64,000 nucleotides of DNA from Planctomycetota bacterium (GCA_029936315.1 JAPYTD010000008.1:5443-69442); one strand, 5' to 3'; shown: positions 36,864 through 46,004, counted from the stretch's first letter. Made by a program: numbers and translations. Notes: a model not told the origin generated them from the sequence alone.

Positions 36864-38024
36864 TCACATGGTGCCAAGTAGGACTTGTATGAAGTTGCTG
36901 ATGGGGGCGGCTTCGCGGGCGTCTTCGATGGCGCGCGAGACTTGCGTCAGGATGCGGCGGAAACGGATCGCGAGGTTCTCGTCGTTGATGAGGGCGCCGA
37001 GCAGTCCCTTCATCTGCGTCAACTGCTCCGTGGTGTGGCGCAGGTTGGCGATGGTTGCGGCGAGGTCCTTGGCGATTACTGGGTTGCTGGTCAGGGCACC
37101 CAAGGCGCCGGCGTCGGGATCGTTGACCTTGCGCAGCAACAGGTTCAGGTTGTCGACGGTTTCGTTGAAGGCCTGCGCCATCTTGTCGTTTTGCAGGATC
37201 TGGCCGAGGATGCCCTTGCCCTTGCGGGCGTCGGCGATCAGGTGGTCGACGTTGTCGAGGATGCCTTGCAGGTCGCGCGCCGCGTCCTTGTCGTTGAGCA
37301 GAACACCTAGAGGGTTGTCCGTCGACAGCAGGCTTTCGCTGACGCCCTTCAGATTGGCGAGCAGCGCAGTCGCGTCTTCGGCGGTCTGCTTGTTCATGAT
37401 CAGTGTGCCGATGGCACCTTCCGCGTTGATCACTGCTTCGAGGATGCGGTTCAGGTTGTTGGATGCACCGAGCACGCTGTCGTAGAGCTCGCGTCGGGTC
37501 GCAATGCGGCCGATCGAGGTCTCCGGGTCGTTCATGTTTTGGAAGAAGTCGCGGATCTCCGACAACGCTTGGTCGAGTCCCTGTCCAACCGCGCCCTTGC
37601 CGTCCGCGATGTCGCCGAGCTTTTCGAACGCGCTGCCAGCAACCCTGCCGAACAGGTCCACGTCCGTCGCGATGAGCTCGCCGTGGCCGGGATCGATGTA
37701 GATCTGCTTGCCGCCGAGCACGCCGTCGTCGCGCACTTCGATCAGGTGGCCGCCCTTGAGTGGGATGAGTTCGCCCAACAGCAGCTCCATACGAACCGGC
37801 GTATCGACACGTTCGTAGTCGATGTCGATTGCGCCGACTTTGCCGACCTTCTTGCCGAGCACCATGACGTTCGTGCCAACGTTGCAACTACCCGCCTGCG
37901 GGAAGTAGACGACGATCTGGTTGCTGAGCGAAAGGTCCGTCAGGTTGACGGTTGCCCAGAGCAAGAAGCCCAGCGTGCCAAAGAACACAAAGCCGAGCAG
38001 GGTGTCGCGTTTGATGCGGTCCAT
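36864..38024 (-). CDS. MlaD/MCE-domain substrate-binding protein with long repetitive helical C-terminus
   Basis: N-terminal TM, an MCE-like beta domain (VYFPQAGSCNVGTNVMVLGKKVGKV), then six ~34-aa GxLGxL..D....L....NL repeats. It is the last gene of the mlaE-mlaF operon. Confidence 0.75.
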   Translation of the reverse strand: MDRIKRDTLLGFVFFGTLGFLLWATVNLTDLSLSNQIVVYFPQAGSCNVGTNVMVLGKKVGKVGAIDIDYERVDTPVRMELLLGELIPLKGGHLIEVRDDGVLGGKQIYIDPGHGELIATDVDLFGRVAGSAFEKLGDIADGKGAVGQGLDQALSEIRDFFQNMNDPETSIGRIATRRELYDSVLGASNNLNRILEAVINAEGAIGTLIMNKQTAEDATALLANLKGVSESLLSTDNPLGVLLNDKDAARDLQGILDNVDHLIADARKGKGILGQILQNDKMAQAFNETVDNLNLLLRKVNDPDAGALGALTSNPVIAKDLAATIANLRHTTEQLTQMKGLLGALINDENLAIRFRRILTQVSRAIEDAREAAPISNFIQVLLGTM

Positions 38025-38036
38025 GTAGGTTTCCGA

Positions 38037-38765
38037 TTAGTCAGAGCCTTGGCCCATGAAGGCGCGGGCTAGGGGATGATCGCTGGCGGTGATTTCGTCG
38101 ACGCTGCCTTCGACGGCTAGCTTGCCGGCTTCGAGGATGCCAATGCGGTCGCCGCACTGCGTCGCACAGGCGCGCGAGTGGGTGACGATCAAGCCGGTGA
38201 CCGACAAGCGATCGCGTACTTCGCCGATCAGCTCGTGGATCTGTTCGCTAATGATCGGGTCGAGTCCGGCGTTTGGCTCATCGTAGAGCACGTATTCGGG
38301 GTTGGTGACCAACGCGCGCGCCAGGCCTGCGCGCAGCTTCATGCCACCGGAGATTTCTGGCGGCTCCTGTTTGCCGGCGTGGTCCATGCCGACCAGCTTG
38401 AGCACTTCGTGCACGCGGTCGTCGACCTCCGAACGTGACAGCTGGCTGTGTTCTTTGAGCGGCAGCGCCACGTTGTCGGCAACGGACAGCCAGTTGATCA
38501 GGGCGCCGTTCTGGAACAGGTAGCCCATGCGCTTGCGCAGAGCCATCAGCTGTTTGCGATCCATCGCCGGAACGTCCTGGCCGTCGACGTGTACGCTGCC
38601 AAGGTCTGGCTTGAAGATGCCGATGACGTGCTTGAGCGTGACGCTTTTGCCGGTGCCCGACGGACCCATCAGCACGAAGTTCATGCCCTTCGGGACCTTG
38701 ACGGACAGGCCCTTCAAGATGTCGCGGCCGCCGAGCCGCTTGTGCAGGTTCTTCAGTTCGATCAT
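38037..38765 (-). CDS. mlaF: ABC transporter ATP-binding protein, MlaF-like
   Basis: Walker A GPSGTGKS, signature ISGGMKLRAGLARAL, Walker B VLYDEP. It sits between the MlaE-like and MlaD-like genes. Confidence 0.85.
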   Translation of the reverse strand: MIELKNLHKRLGGRDILKGLSVKVPKGMNFVLMGPSGTGKSVTLKHVIGIFKPDLGSVHVDGQDVPAMDRKQLMALRKRMGYLFQNGALINWLSVADNVALPLKEHSQLSRSEVDDRVHEVLKLVGMDHAGKQEPPEISGGMKLRAGLARALVTNPEYVLYDEPNAGLDPIISEQIHELIGEVRDRLSVTGLIVTHSRACATQCGDRIGILEAGKLAVEGSVDEITASDHPLARAFMGQGSD

Positions 38766-38777
38766 TCGGTCGGCGGG

Positions 38778-39572
38778 TTAGGTAAGGAAGTAGAAGAACC
38801 ACGTGATGACGAAGCCGAGCACGATGATCAACAGCACCGAGTTGCGCACGGCAGTCTGCACCGCGAGGCCGACGCCGAGTGCGCCACCTCGAGCCTTGAG
38901 ACCGGCGGCGCAGCTGACCGTCGCGATCGCGACGCCGAAGATCAACGACTTGAGCAGACCGACGTAGACTTCCTTGGGCAGCAGGGTGCCCGAAGATGTC
39001 AGCGACTCGATCGCGCCGACCCAATACAGATCCGGGCTGACGCCGAGGTTCTGTTCGGCGATGATGCTGCCGCCGTAGATGCCGATCAGGTTGGACAGCA
39101 CGGTCAGCAGCGGGCACATCAGCGCCAGCGCAAGGACGCGCGGCAAGACCAGGTAGTCGACCGGGTCGATCGACATGACTTCGAGCGCGTCGATCTCCTC
39201 GGACACCTTCATCGTGCCAATCTCGGCAGCGATCGAAGAGCCGACGGTCGCGGCGAGGATGACAGCGGTGATGAATGGTCCCATCTCGCGGCACATCGAC
39301 AACGCAGTGATCGTGCCGAGCACGTTGGTGTTGCCAAAGCGCCGCAGCTCGATGCCGGTCTGCATCGCCAGGATGGCGCCGGCGAACGCGGCGACGACGA
39401 GAGTGACTGGTAGCGCCCGCACGCCAGCGTTGAAGCAGTTGTCGAGCAGGAAGCGCAGGCGCCGCGGGATGCGCGGCAAGCACAGGGCAGTGCGCACCAG
39501 CAGGTTGACGACGTAGCCAGCACTGCCAGTGCGCTCGGCCAGGAATCGTATTGTGCCGGCAGCTAGGTTCAT
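38778..39572 (-). CDS. mlaE: ABC transporter permease, MlaE-like
   Basis: 264 aa, multi-TM, with the MREMGPFITAVILAATVGSSIAAEIGTMKVSEEIDALEVM region typical of the MlaE/YrbE family. Confidence 0.85.
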   Translation of the reverse strand: MNLAAGTIRFLAERTGSAGYVVNLLVRTALCLPRIPRRLRFLLDNCFNAGVRALPVTLVVAAFAGAILAMQTGIELRRFGNTNVLGTITALSMCREMGPFITAVILAATVGSSIAAEIGTMKVSEEIDALEVMSIDPVDYLVLPRVLALALMCPLLTVLSNLIGIYGGSIIAEQNLGVSPDLYWVGAIESLTSSGTLLPKEVYVGLLKSLIFGVAIATVSCAAGLKARGGALGVGLAVQTAVRNSVLLIIVLGFVITWFFYFLT

Positions 39573-41023
39573 CGTTGCTCCGCTTGGCGCGGGCTGCTTC
39601 CGAGAGGGATTGGCAAGAACTGAAACAGGCGAAGGGTGCGTTCGCCAGCTTTGTCTTGTTCGTAGTTGAACAGGAACGGCATGCTGGCTGTGGTGCCGTC
39701 CTGGCGGGAGCGATGGGAGTACATGCGGCCGAGCACGTCGACGGCGGAGTCATCCGGCGTGCGCTGCACGCCGCGCGCGATTTCCCACAGGAAGCCGTAG
39801 GCCTCCTGCATGCCATACATCAGGCCCTTGTGGCCAATCAGTGGTGACAACAGGCTCCAGTCGGAACTCAGGGTCTTGCCGGTCTGGTCGACCTTGAACG
39901 TACTGTGCGCGAGCGGCCACACCTTGACGTGACGCTCCTTAGAACCGTCTTCGTTGTCCTTGGCGATGCGCCAGAAGAACGGCAACAGCCACTGAGAATC
40001 GTGGGTGCCTTCTGGGTCGCGATAGTGCTGCCACCAGATCAGCGGCCACAGCGCGGACCACGAATCCTGGTCGTCGCTGATCACTCGGCTGAATAACGGC
40101 CAGACCCACCACGCGGTGACGTTGTCTTCGGCCCGGTTCCAGTAGTAGCGGTAGATCGGCCACAGTACGTTGAGCACGAAGAAGTGGTCGCGCTTGGCAG
40201 TGCCACTGAAGAGCGGCCACAGAGCCGTCCAGCCGTAGACTTCCGGTCCGGTGCGCCAACCGACCAATGGCCAGAATAAGAACGACCGCACCGGGCCGGA
40301 GCGTGCGTCGAGGTTCTCGTCGCTCCACGAAAACAACGGCCACAGGATCGAGCGGCGCTCTTGGCGGCCCTGCTCGATGTCGTGCGCGTAAAAAGGCAGC
40401 ACGCGGAACCAACTGTGCGTGCCTTCGGCGCAATCGCTCCAACCGATCAGCGGCCACAGCACGAGTTGGTGGTAGTGGTCGTTCTTTTCGAGCCCCACCC
40501 ACAGCGGAAACAGGATCGTTCGGAAGCGTCGGTAGCTGAGGAACTCCGGGATGTCGGCGTAGAACGGCAGGAACGCGAAGTAGTTCTCTTCGCCGTCTTC
40601 ACTCGATCCGCCCCACAAGAATGGGAACAACAGGTACCAGTCGGTCTCGCATTCGCCGTTTTCGTCGAGTGCCTCGCGCCAGCTCGCCAACGGGAATAGC
40701 CGCGCGTGGGTTTGCTCGGGATAGGTCTGCACGCGCCCGAACGGCCACAAGAACTGATGGTCCGTCGAGGCGTCTTCGGGCAGCTCCGGCGACGGATCGG
40801 TCACCCGGCGGTAAAACGGCCGGATGCGGAAGTCGTCTCCGCCTTCGGGCGTTTGCTCGTAGTGCACGATCGGCCACGCGGCATCCCACTCGAGCAGGTT
40901 GCCTTCGGCATCCATGCGATGGAACCAGAACGGCGTCAGGTTCAGCTCGCGGGGCATCAGCGAGCAGGCGCCGCTCATGGTGCAGAGCAGGACAACGACC
41001 AGAAGCTGACTCGTACGCGCCAT
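39569..41023 (-). CDS. Lipoprotein composed of about 20 tandem ~20-residue aromatic-Pro repeats (unknown family)
   Basis: N-terminus LLVVVLLCTMSGAC is lipobox-like. Motifs such as LWPLIGW, LWPLFSW, FWPLVGW, LWPLFSG, VWPLFSR, LWPLIWW, FLPFYAD and VLPFYAH recur every 17-25 residues. The stop overlaps the mlaE start (ATGA). Confidence 0.6.
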   Translation of the reverse strand: MARTSQLLVVVLLCTMSGACSLMPRELNLTPFWFHRMDAEGNLLEWDAAWPIVHYEQTPEGGDDFRIRPFYRRVTDPSPELPEDASTDHQFLWPFGRVQTYPEQTHARLFPLASWREALDENGECETDWYLLFPFLWGGSSEDGEENYFAFLPFYADIPEFLSYRRFRTILFPLWVGLEKNDHYHQLVLWPLIGWSDCAEGTHSWFRVLPFYAHDIEQGRQERRSILWPLFSWSDENLDARSGPVRSFLFWPLVGWRTGPEVYGWTALWPLFSGTAKRDHFFVLNVLWPIYRYYWNRAEDNVTAWWVWPLFSRVISDDQDSWSALWPLIWWQHYRDPEGTHDSQWLLPFFWRIAKDNEDGSKERHVKVWPLAHSTFKVDQTGKTLSSDWSLLSPLIGHKGLMYGMQEAYGFLWEIARGVQRTPDDSAVDVLGRMYSHRSRQDGTTASMPFLFNYEQDKAGERTLRLFQFLPIPLGSSPRQAEQR

Positions 41024-41222
41024 TCGGTGGATGGGAGGATGCCAGAGAGGTGGGGTGACCGCACGCTAGAAACAGTATTGGGCCAGCCGGAGGTCTCTCG
41101 GATCGGCGCGCGCAAGCGCAGACGCTGCCGAGTTGTGGCAACCCTCTGCGTAGTTTCGTGGAGGCATTCTCGCTGCATCGTTGTTCGCAGGGGGCTGCCG
41201 GGATAACTCATGCGCGCTCCAT

Positions 41223-42539
41223 ATGAGTAAGCACGCAAAGCAGCAGAACAGAACGCGACTTGGAATTCTCTGCGGTGGCGGTCCGGCGCCGGGAATGAAC
41301 TCCGTCATCTGTGCGGTGACGATTGAGGCAATCAACTCTGGTTGGGAGGTCTATGGTATTCCCGATGGCTTCTCGCGGTTGATGAAGGGCGAGACTGAGC
41401 ACGCGCACCGGTTGACCGTCGATGATGTCAGTCGCATCCACCTGACCGGTGGTTCGGTGTTGTTTACGTCGCGCGCCAACCCAACCAAACAACCGGAGAC
41501 GCTCAAAGCGACCGTCAAGGCCTTGCAGGAACTCAACCTCGACGCGTTGTTGACGATCGGTGGCGACGATACCGGCTACTCCGCTGCGGTCGTAGCCAAC
41601 GCCGCTGGCGGCAAGTTGCGGGTCGCGCACGTGCCCAAGACGATCGACAATGACTTGCCGCTGCCGGGCGATGTGTCGACGTTTGGCTTCCAGACGGCGC
41701 GCCACGTCGGCGCCGAGCAGGTTAGCAACTTGATGACGGATGCGTTGACGACCAAGCGCTGGTACTTCGTCGTCGCGATGGGGCGGCAGGCGGGGCACCT
41801 CGCGCAGGGCATCGGCAAGTCCTCCGGTGCGACTGTGACGATCATCCCCGAGGACTTCGCCGCCGGTCAGCCGATCCATCTCAACCACATCGTCGACATC
41901 CTCGAAACGGCCATCTTCAAGCGCATTGCGAGCGGCCGGCCGTTTGGGGTCGCGGTCATTGCGGAAGGCTTGAGCCTGCGATTCCCGCCCGAAGAAGTCG
42001 ACGGGGCCATGCCCGACGCCGAACGCGACGAGCACGGGCACGTTCGACTGTCAGAGGTGCACCTGCACCGGCTGCTGACGGACATCGTGCGGCAGCGGTT
42101 GGCTGAGCGTGGCCACAAGGTCACGATCGTCGCCAAGAATATCGGCTATGAGCTGCGCAGTGCCCCGCCGATTCCGTTCGACATCGAGTACACGCGCGAC
42201 CTCGGCTACGGCGCGGTCGACTACCTGCGCGGCTTGCTGGCGTCGGGCGATCTCGCCGAGGTGGGGGCGATGGTGACCATACAACGGGGCGAGCTGGTGC
42301 CGTTGCGCTTCGGAACGTTCGACGATCCTGCGACCGGGCGGCCGCGTGTGCGCACCGTCAATCCGCAATCCGAGGCGTATCGCGTGTCGCGCGAATACCA
42401 GATTCGCCTCGAACCGGACGACTTCACACGGGCGGATCGCCTCGAAGGCCTCGCCAGAGTCGCCGGCATGACGCCGACCGAGTTTCAGGAACGCTACGGC
42501 TACATCGTGGAGCGAGACGTCTTCCAGCCCCGCAACTGA
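41223..42539 (+). CDS. pfp: Pyrophosphate-dependent 6-phosphofructokinase (PfkA family, PPi-type signature)
   Basis: GILCGGGPAPGMN, TIGGDDTGYSA and VPKTIDNDL. The Asp and Lys occupy the positions that are Gly104 and Gly124 in ATP-dependent E. coli PfkA. The start is moved to MSKHAKQQ. Confidence 0.8.
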   Translation: MSKHAKQQNRTRLGILCGGGPAPGMNSVICAVTIEAINSGWEVYGIPDGFSRLMKGETEHAHRLTVDDVSRIHLTGGSVLFTSRANPTKQPETLKATVKALQELNLDALLTIGGDDTGYSAAVVANAAGGKLRVAHVPKTIDNDLPLPGDVSTFGFQTARHVGAEQVSNLMTDALTTKRWYFVVAMGRQAGHLAQGIGKSSGATVTIIPEDFAAGQPIHLNHIVDILETAIFKRIASGRPFGVAVIAEGLSLRFPPEEVDGAMPDAERDEHGHVRLSEVHLHRLLTDIVRQRLAERGHKVTIVAKNIGYELRSAPPIPFDIEYTRDLGYGAVDYLRGLLASGDLAEVGAMVTIQRGELVPLRFGTFDDPATGRPRVRTVNPQSEAYRVSREYQIRLEPDDFTRADRLEGLARVAGMTPTEFQERYGYIVERDVFQPRN

Positions 42540-42570
42540 TGTTCGCACCGCGCCGTCTGCGCGCTACAAC

Positions 42571-43566
42571 ATGGGCATGGTTCGAACCCTGTCCGGTATC
42601 CAGCCCACCGGCAACTTGCACATCGGTAACTACCTCGGCGCCCTGGTCAACTGGGTCAAGCTGCAGGAGCAATACGATGCCTATTTCTGTGTTGTAGACC
42701 TCCACGCCCTGACCCAGCGTCCCGACCCCGAAGTGTTGCGTTCTGCGGTGCGCGAACTGGCGATCGGTGTATTGGCCAGCGGCGTCGACCCCGAGCGCTC
42801 GACGTTGTTCGTGCAGTCCCAGGTACGGCAGCACGCCGAGTTGGCGTGGATCATGATGTGCTTGACGCCGCTCGGCGACCTCAACCGCATGACGCAGTTC
42901 AAGGACAAGAGCACGCAGCAGCCCGAGAACATCAACGCTGGCCTGTTCACCTATCCCGTCCTGCAAACTGCCGACATCGCACTCTATCGACCCGAAGCGG
43001 TGCCGGTTGGCGAAGACCAGGATCAGCACCTCGAACTCGCGCGCGAGACCATTCGTCGCTTCAACTTCACCTACGGCGGCGATGTGTTCCCCGAGCCCAA
43101 AACCGTCAAGAGCCAGGCGCCGCGCGTGATGGGGCTCGATGGTGAGAGCAAGATGTCGAAGTCGAAGAACAACGAGATCGGATTGTTCGAAACCGACGAA
43201 GAGACCATGAAAAAGTTGCGCGGCGCCAAGACCGATCCGGCGCGTGAGCGTCGCACCGACAAGGGCACGCCCGAAGTCTGCAACATCTACAGCTACCACG
43301 GCTTCTTCTCGACGAAAGAGCAGCGCGACGAGGTCGCCGAGGGTTGCCGTTCGGCATCGCTTGGTTGCGTTGACTGCAAGAAACTGCTGGCGCAAAACAT
43401 GGAGGCCGTCAAGGGGCCGATCCGCGAGCGCGCGGCCGACCTGCGCAGCAAGCCCGGTCAAGTCGATGAGATCTTGGCCGCCGGAGCGGCGAAGGCGCGC
43501 AAGACGGCCGAAGAGACCATGGTCATGGTGCGGGAACGCATTGGCATTGCCGGAGGGAAGGCATGA
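42571..43566 (+). CDS. trpS: Tryptophan--tRNA ligase
   Basis: SGIQPTGNLHIGNYLGA (HIGH region) and KMSKS are present. 331 aa. Confidence 0.95.
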   Translation: MGMVRTLSGIQPTGNLHIGNYLGALVNWVKLQEQYDAYFCVVDLHALTQRPDPEVLRSAVRELAIGVLASGVDPERSTLFVQSQVRQHAELAWIMMCLTPLGDLNRMTQFKDKSTQQPENINAGLFTYPVLQTADIALYRPEAVPVGEDQDQHLELARETIRRFNFTYGGDVFPEPKTVKSQAPRVMGLDGESKMSKSKNNEIGLFETDEETMKKLRGAKTDPARERRTDKGTPEVCNIYSYHGFFSTKEQRDEVAEGCRSASLGCVDCKKLLAQNMEAVKGPIRERAADLRSKPGQVDEILAAGAAKARKTAEETMVMVRERIGIAGGKA

Positions 43567-44102
43567 CGAACACGAGAGCGGGGCTTTGGGCTGTTTGGTT
43601 GGCGCCGGTTGGGTTGGCGATGTTGACGACAAGTTGTGGTGGCACGCCGGTCACTCCCGAACAGCGTCGCTTGGCGGAGCGCGCCTACCTCTCACCGTTT
43701 TTGCAGAATACGCGGGTCGTATGCGAGCAGCTCGAAGTCGAGATCACGCCGAACTTCCACTTGCACGTCAGCAACCCCGGTGTCGACAAGCGGCACCAAC
43801 GCTTTGATCGCGAGCAGAAGCCAGCGCTGGTTGAAAAGACCTGGCGCAACCTGACCGGTGATCGGCGCGCCTGGTTCACGGTCACGATCTCTGAGCCCAG
43901 CGACCCAGAGACGCCGCGCATCGGCAAGTCGCCGGGCACGACCTACACGGTCATGAACCAATTCACCCTGCGCATCCGCGAACGCGGTGAGATGACGTTG
44001 TCGGCGCGCGCCTATGGCGGCATCGTGCTGGTCGAAGAGGCCGGTGGCCCACCGCAGCAACCGCACGAGTACACGATCGTAAACGGTGTTGTGAAGCGCT
44101 GA
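43563..44102 (+). CDS. Hypothetical lipoprotein
   Basis: ATGA overlap with trpS. It has a signal and lipobox (AMLTTSC). Confidence 0.5.
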   Translation: MTNTRAGLWAVWLAPVGLAMLTTSCGGTPVTPEQRRLAERAYLSPFLQNTRVVCEQLEVEITPNFHLHVSNPGVDKRHQRFDREQKPALVEKTWRNLTGDRRAWFTVTISEPSDPETPRIGKSPGTTYTVMNQFTLRIRERGEMTLSARAYGGIVLVEEAGGPPQQPHEYTIVNGVVKR

Positions 44103-45181
44103 TGGGCAAGACCAGGTGGGTTCTATGGCTGCTGTTACCGCTCCAGGCGTCGTGCTTTCTGTTCGGCGGCGGTGGTGGCAGTGGCGCTGCCTACACCGAA
44201 TGCAGCAACGCCGAAGGGCGCTCGGCGTGGACTGAGGCCAAGATGGCCCTCGCCAGCGGCGACAAGCAAGCCGCGCTGCCGCATCTCGTGGTGGCGACGA
44301 ACAAGTGCCCCGACCTGGTGCGGGCGCACATTGAGTACCAGAACCTTGCCAAGAGCCTGGGCGGTGAATCCGAGCAGGCGATGGTCGATTTCTACATGAA
44401 GATGCCGGAGCGCGCGCCCGACGATGCATCACCTGTTCCGGCATACATGCGCGCGCGCCTCGCCGACACGGCCTACGCCCAGTCGAACGCCCTCGACCAG
44501 ATCCTGAAGAAGCACTCCACGTTTGGCTGGGGCTACTTGTCCCGCGGCCGCGTCAACCGCGGCCAGGGCCGCCTGTCCGAGGCGCTGCAAAGCCTGGATC
44601 AGGCGATCTTGGCGGACGATGGCTTGATCGAGGCGCGACTCGAACGGGCGCAGGTGTTGACCGAACTCGGCCGCGATGAGGAAGCGGCGCTTGATTACAA
44701 GTTCTACTGGGGCGCGAATCCGGCCGATGCGGTCGCCGGTCGCGAGTACCTGGCGTTGTTGCTGTACCGGCTCGCCAGGGTCGATCATGCGATGGTTGTG
44801 CTCGCCGCTCTGAAGCTCGCCGACCAATCGCTGTCGTTGCGTATGGACGAAGCCGCGGTGCTGTGGCGCGCCGGCAACTCGGCAGCGGCCATCGAGGCAT
44901 ACCTCGACATCCTGCAGCAAGAACCCACCATGGCGCGCGCGGCGCTGAATATTGGCCTGCTCTACTACGAAGTCGTGCCGAAGGAAGAAACCGACAAGAT
45001 CCGCTGCTGGCCCAAAGCGCGGGCGGCGTTCCAGATCTTCATGCAGCGCTCGGTTCCCAAAGATGGTCACGAGCAGTTCGAGCGCACCTGGGCGGTGCCG
45101 TTCCGGTTGCGGCGCATCCACGAACTGTTGGGGCCGACGACAACGGTTCCTTCCCTCGACATGTTGCGTACGCCGCGCTGA
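44102..45181 (+). CDS. TPR repeat-containing exported protein
   Basis: TGATG overlap with the upstream gene. N-terminal signal (LLLPLQASC), then several Ala/Leu-rich TPR-like helical pairs. Confidence 0.55.
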   Translation: MGKTRWVLWLLLPLQASCFLFGGGGGSGAAYTECSNAEGRSAWTEAKMALASGDKQAALPHLVVATNKCPDLVRAHIEYQNLAKSLGGESEQAMVDFYMKMPERAPDDASPVPAYMRARLADTAYAQSNALDQILKKHSTFGWGYLSRGRVNRGQGRLSEALQSLDQAILADDGLIEARLERAQVLTELGRDEEAALDYKFYWGANPADAVAGREYLALLLYRLARVDHAMVVLAALKLADQSLSLRMDEAAVLWRAGNSAAAIEAYLDILQQEPTMARAALNIGLLYYEVVPKEETDKIRCWPKARAAFQIFMQRSVPKDGHEQFERTWAVPFRLRRIHELLGPTTTVPSLDMLRTPR

Positions 45182-45215
45182 TCGGCGCCGGCCGATTCTT
45201 CGCGGGCGATGGCGA

Positions 45216-45956
45216 CTACCTGCGCCGATGCGCTTGGGCGACGTCTGCCACTTCGAACTTGGCCAGTTGCGGCAGCAGTCGTTGCCAGTCGGCATCGGCC
45301 AAGCGATCGGCCTGATGGCCAGAGCCGACCAGGCGGAACCGCGGCGAGTCGATCTTCGCGACCGTCAGGTGCGCACCGTTCTGTTGCACCAAAAGGTTGC
45401 GCAAGTCGAGGTTGCGGTCGCGGAAACCGGCGGCATGCAAGCGCACAACCAGCGCGGCAATTGCCGCGGCGATGTCGCGCCGCTGCGGCTCGGAAGCCGA
45501 CGCGAGAATTTGGTCGGCAACTTCGCCACGAAACGCCTCGGTCACCAGCGTCGCGCGGGCCAAAAAACCGCACGTGCGCCATTCGAGGCAGGCGAGGGGT
45601 TTGGCGGTCGCGAAGTCGTGTGCCTGCAGCCAGTTCAAGGCCTGGCATTCCCGGGCCGCCCGCGATTGCCGGAATGGTGCCGTCCACTTGCCCAAGTTGC
45701 GGAGACGGTCACTCCAAGTCGGGTAAATGTAAGTTTTTACGAACACGTCTCCGTCGTCAGTCGCGACCTTTTGCACCCAAGAACTTCGGTGATTAACGAT
45801 GGTATCCCCCGTGCCACGGGTGGCCAGTAGTCCCGGCACGGGCAGCCCGCGGGCCACGGCTGGCCAATTTGCCGAGGCGAACACTAACGTGGGAGAATGG
45901 GGGGCTCTTGTCGACACCGTGTTCGCAACAGTATATTCTAGCGTGACTTGATGCAC
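45216..45956 (-). CDS. Lipopolysaccharide kinase (Kdo/WaaP/InaA) family-like protein
   Basis: VFVKTY...SRAARECQALNWLQAHDFATAKPLA...LVTEAF...LVVRLHAAGFRDRNLDLRNLLV follows the PF06293-type layout as I recall it. The catalytic-loop His is replaced by Arg. Confidence 0.5.
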   Translation of the reverse strand: MHQVTLEYTVANTVSTRAPHSPTLVFASANWPAVARGLPVPGLLATRGTGDTIVNHRSSWVQKVATDDGDVFVKTYIYPTWSDRLRNLGKWTAPFRQSRAARECQALNWLQAHDFATAKPLACLEWRTCGFLARATLVTEAFRGEVADQILASASEPQRRDIAAAIAALVVRLHAAGFRDRNLDLRNLLVQQNGAHLTVAKIDSPRFRLVGSGHQADRLADADWQRLLPQLAKFEVADVAQAHRRR

Positions 45957-46004
45957 TCATGTGCGGCCGTGGCGGTCGTGCGTGCAACTACCCAGGAGGC
46001 TCAG

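Noticed and set aside
36233-36892. 219-aa plus-strand ORF filling the mlaD-downstream gap
   Set aside because: The first 120 residues are Arg/Gly/Cys/Ser-rich noise with no RBS or start context. It overlaps both flanking minus-strand genes. Only the shorter frame from 36599 is kept as a weak possibility in the findings.
38278-39816. 512-aa same-strand, out-of-frame ORF spanning mlaF, mlaE and the repeat lipoprotein. A similar 380-aa ORF lies at 36745..37887 over mlaD.
   Set aside because: These are Arg/Pro/Ala-rich alternative frames of genes whose primary frames carry clear Walker, MlaE and MCE motifs. They show no independent coding evidence.
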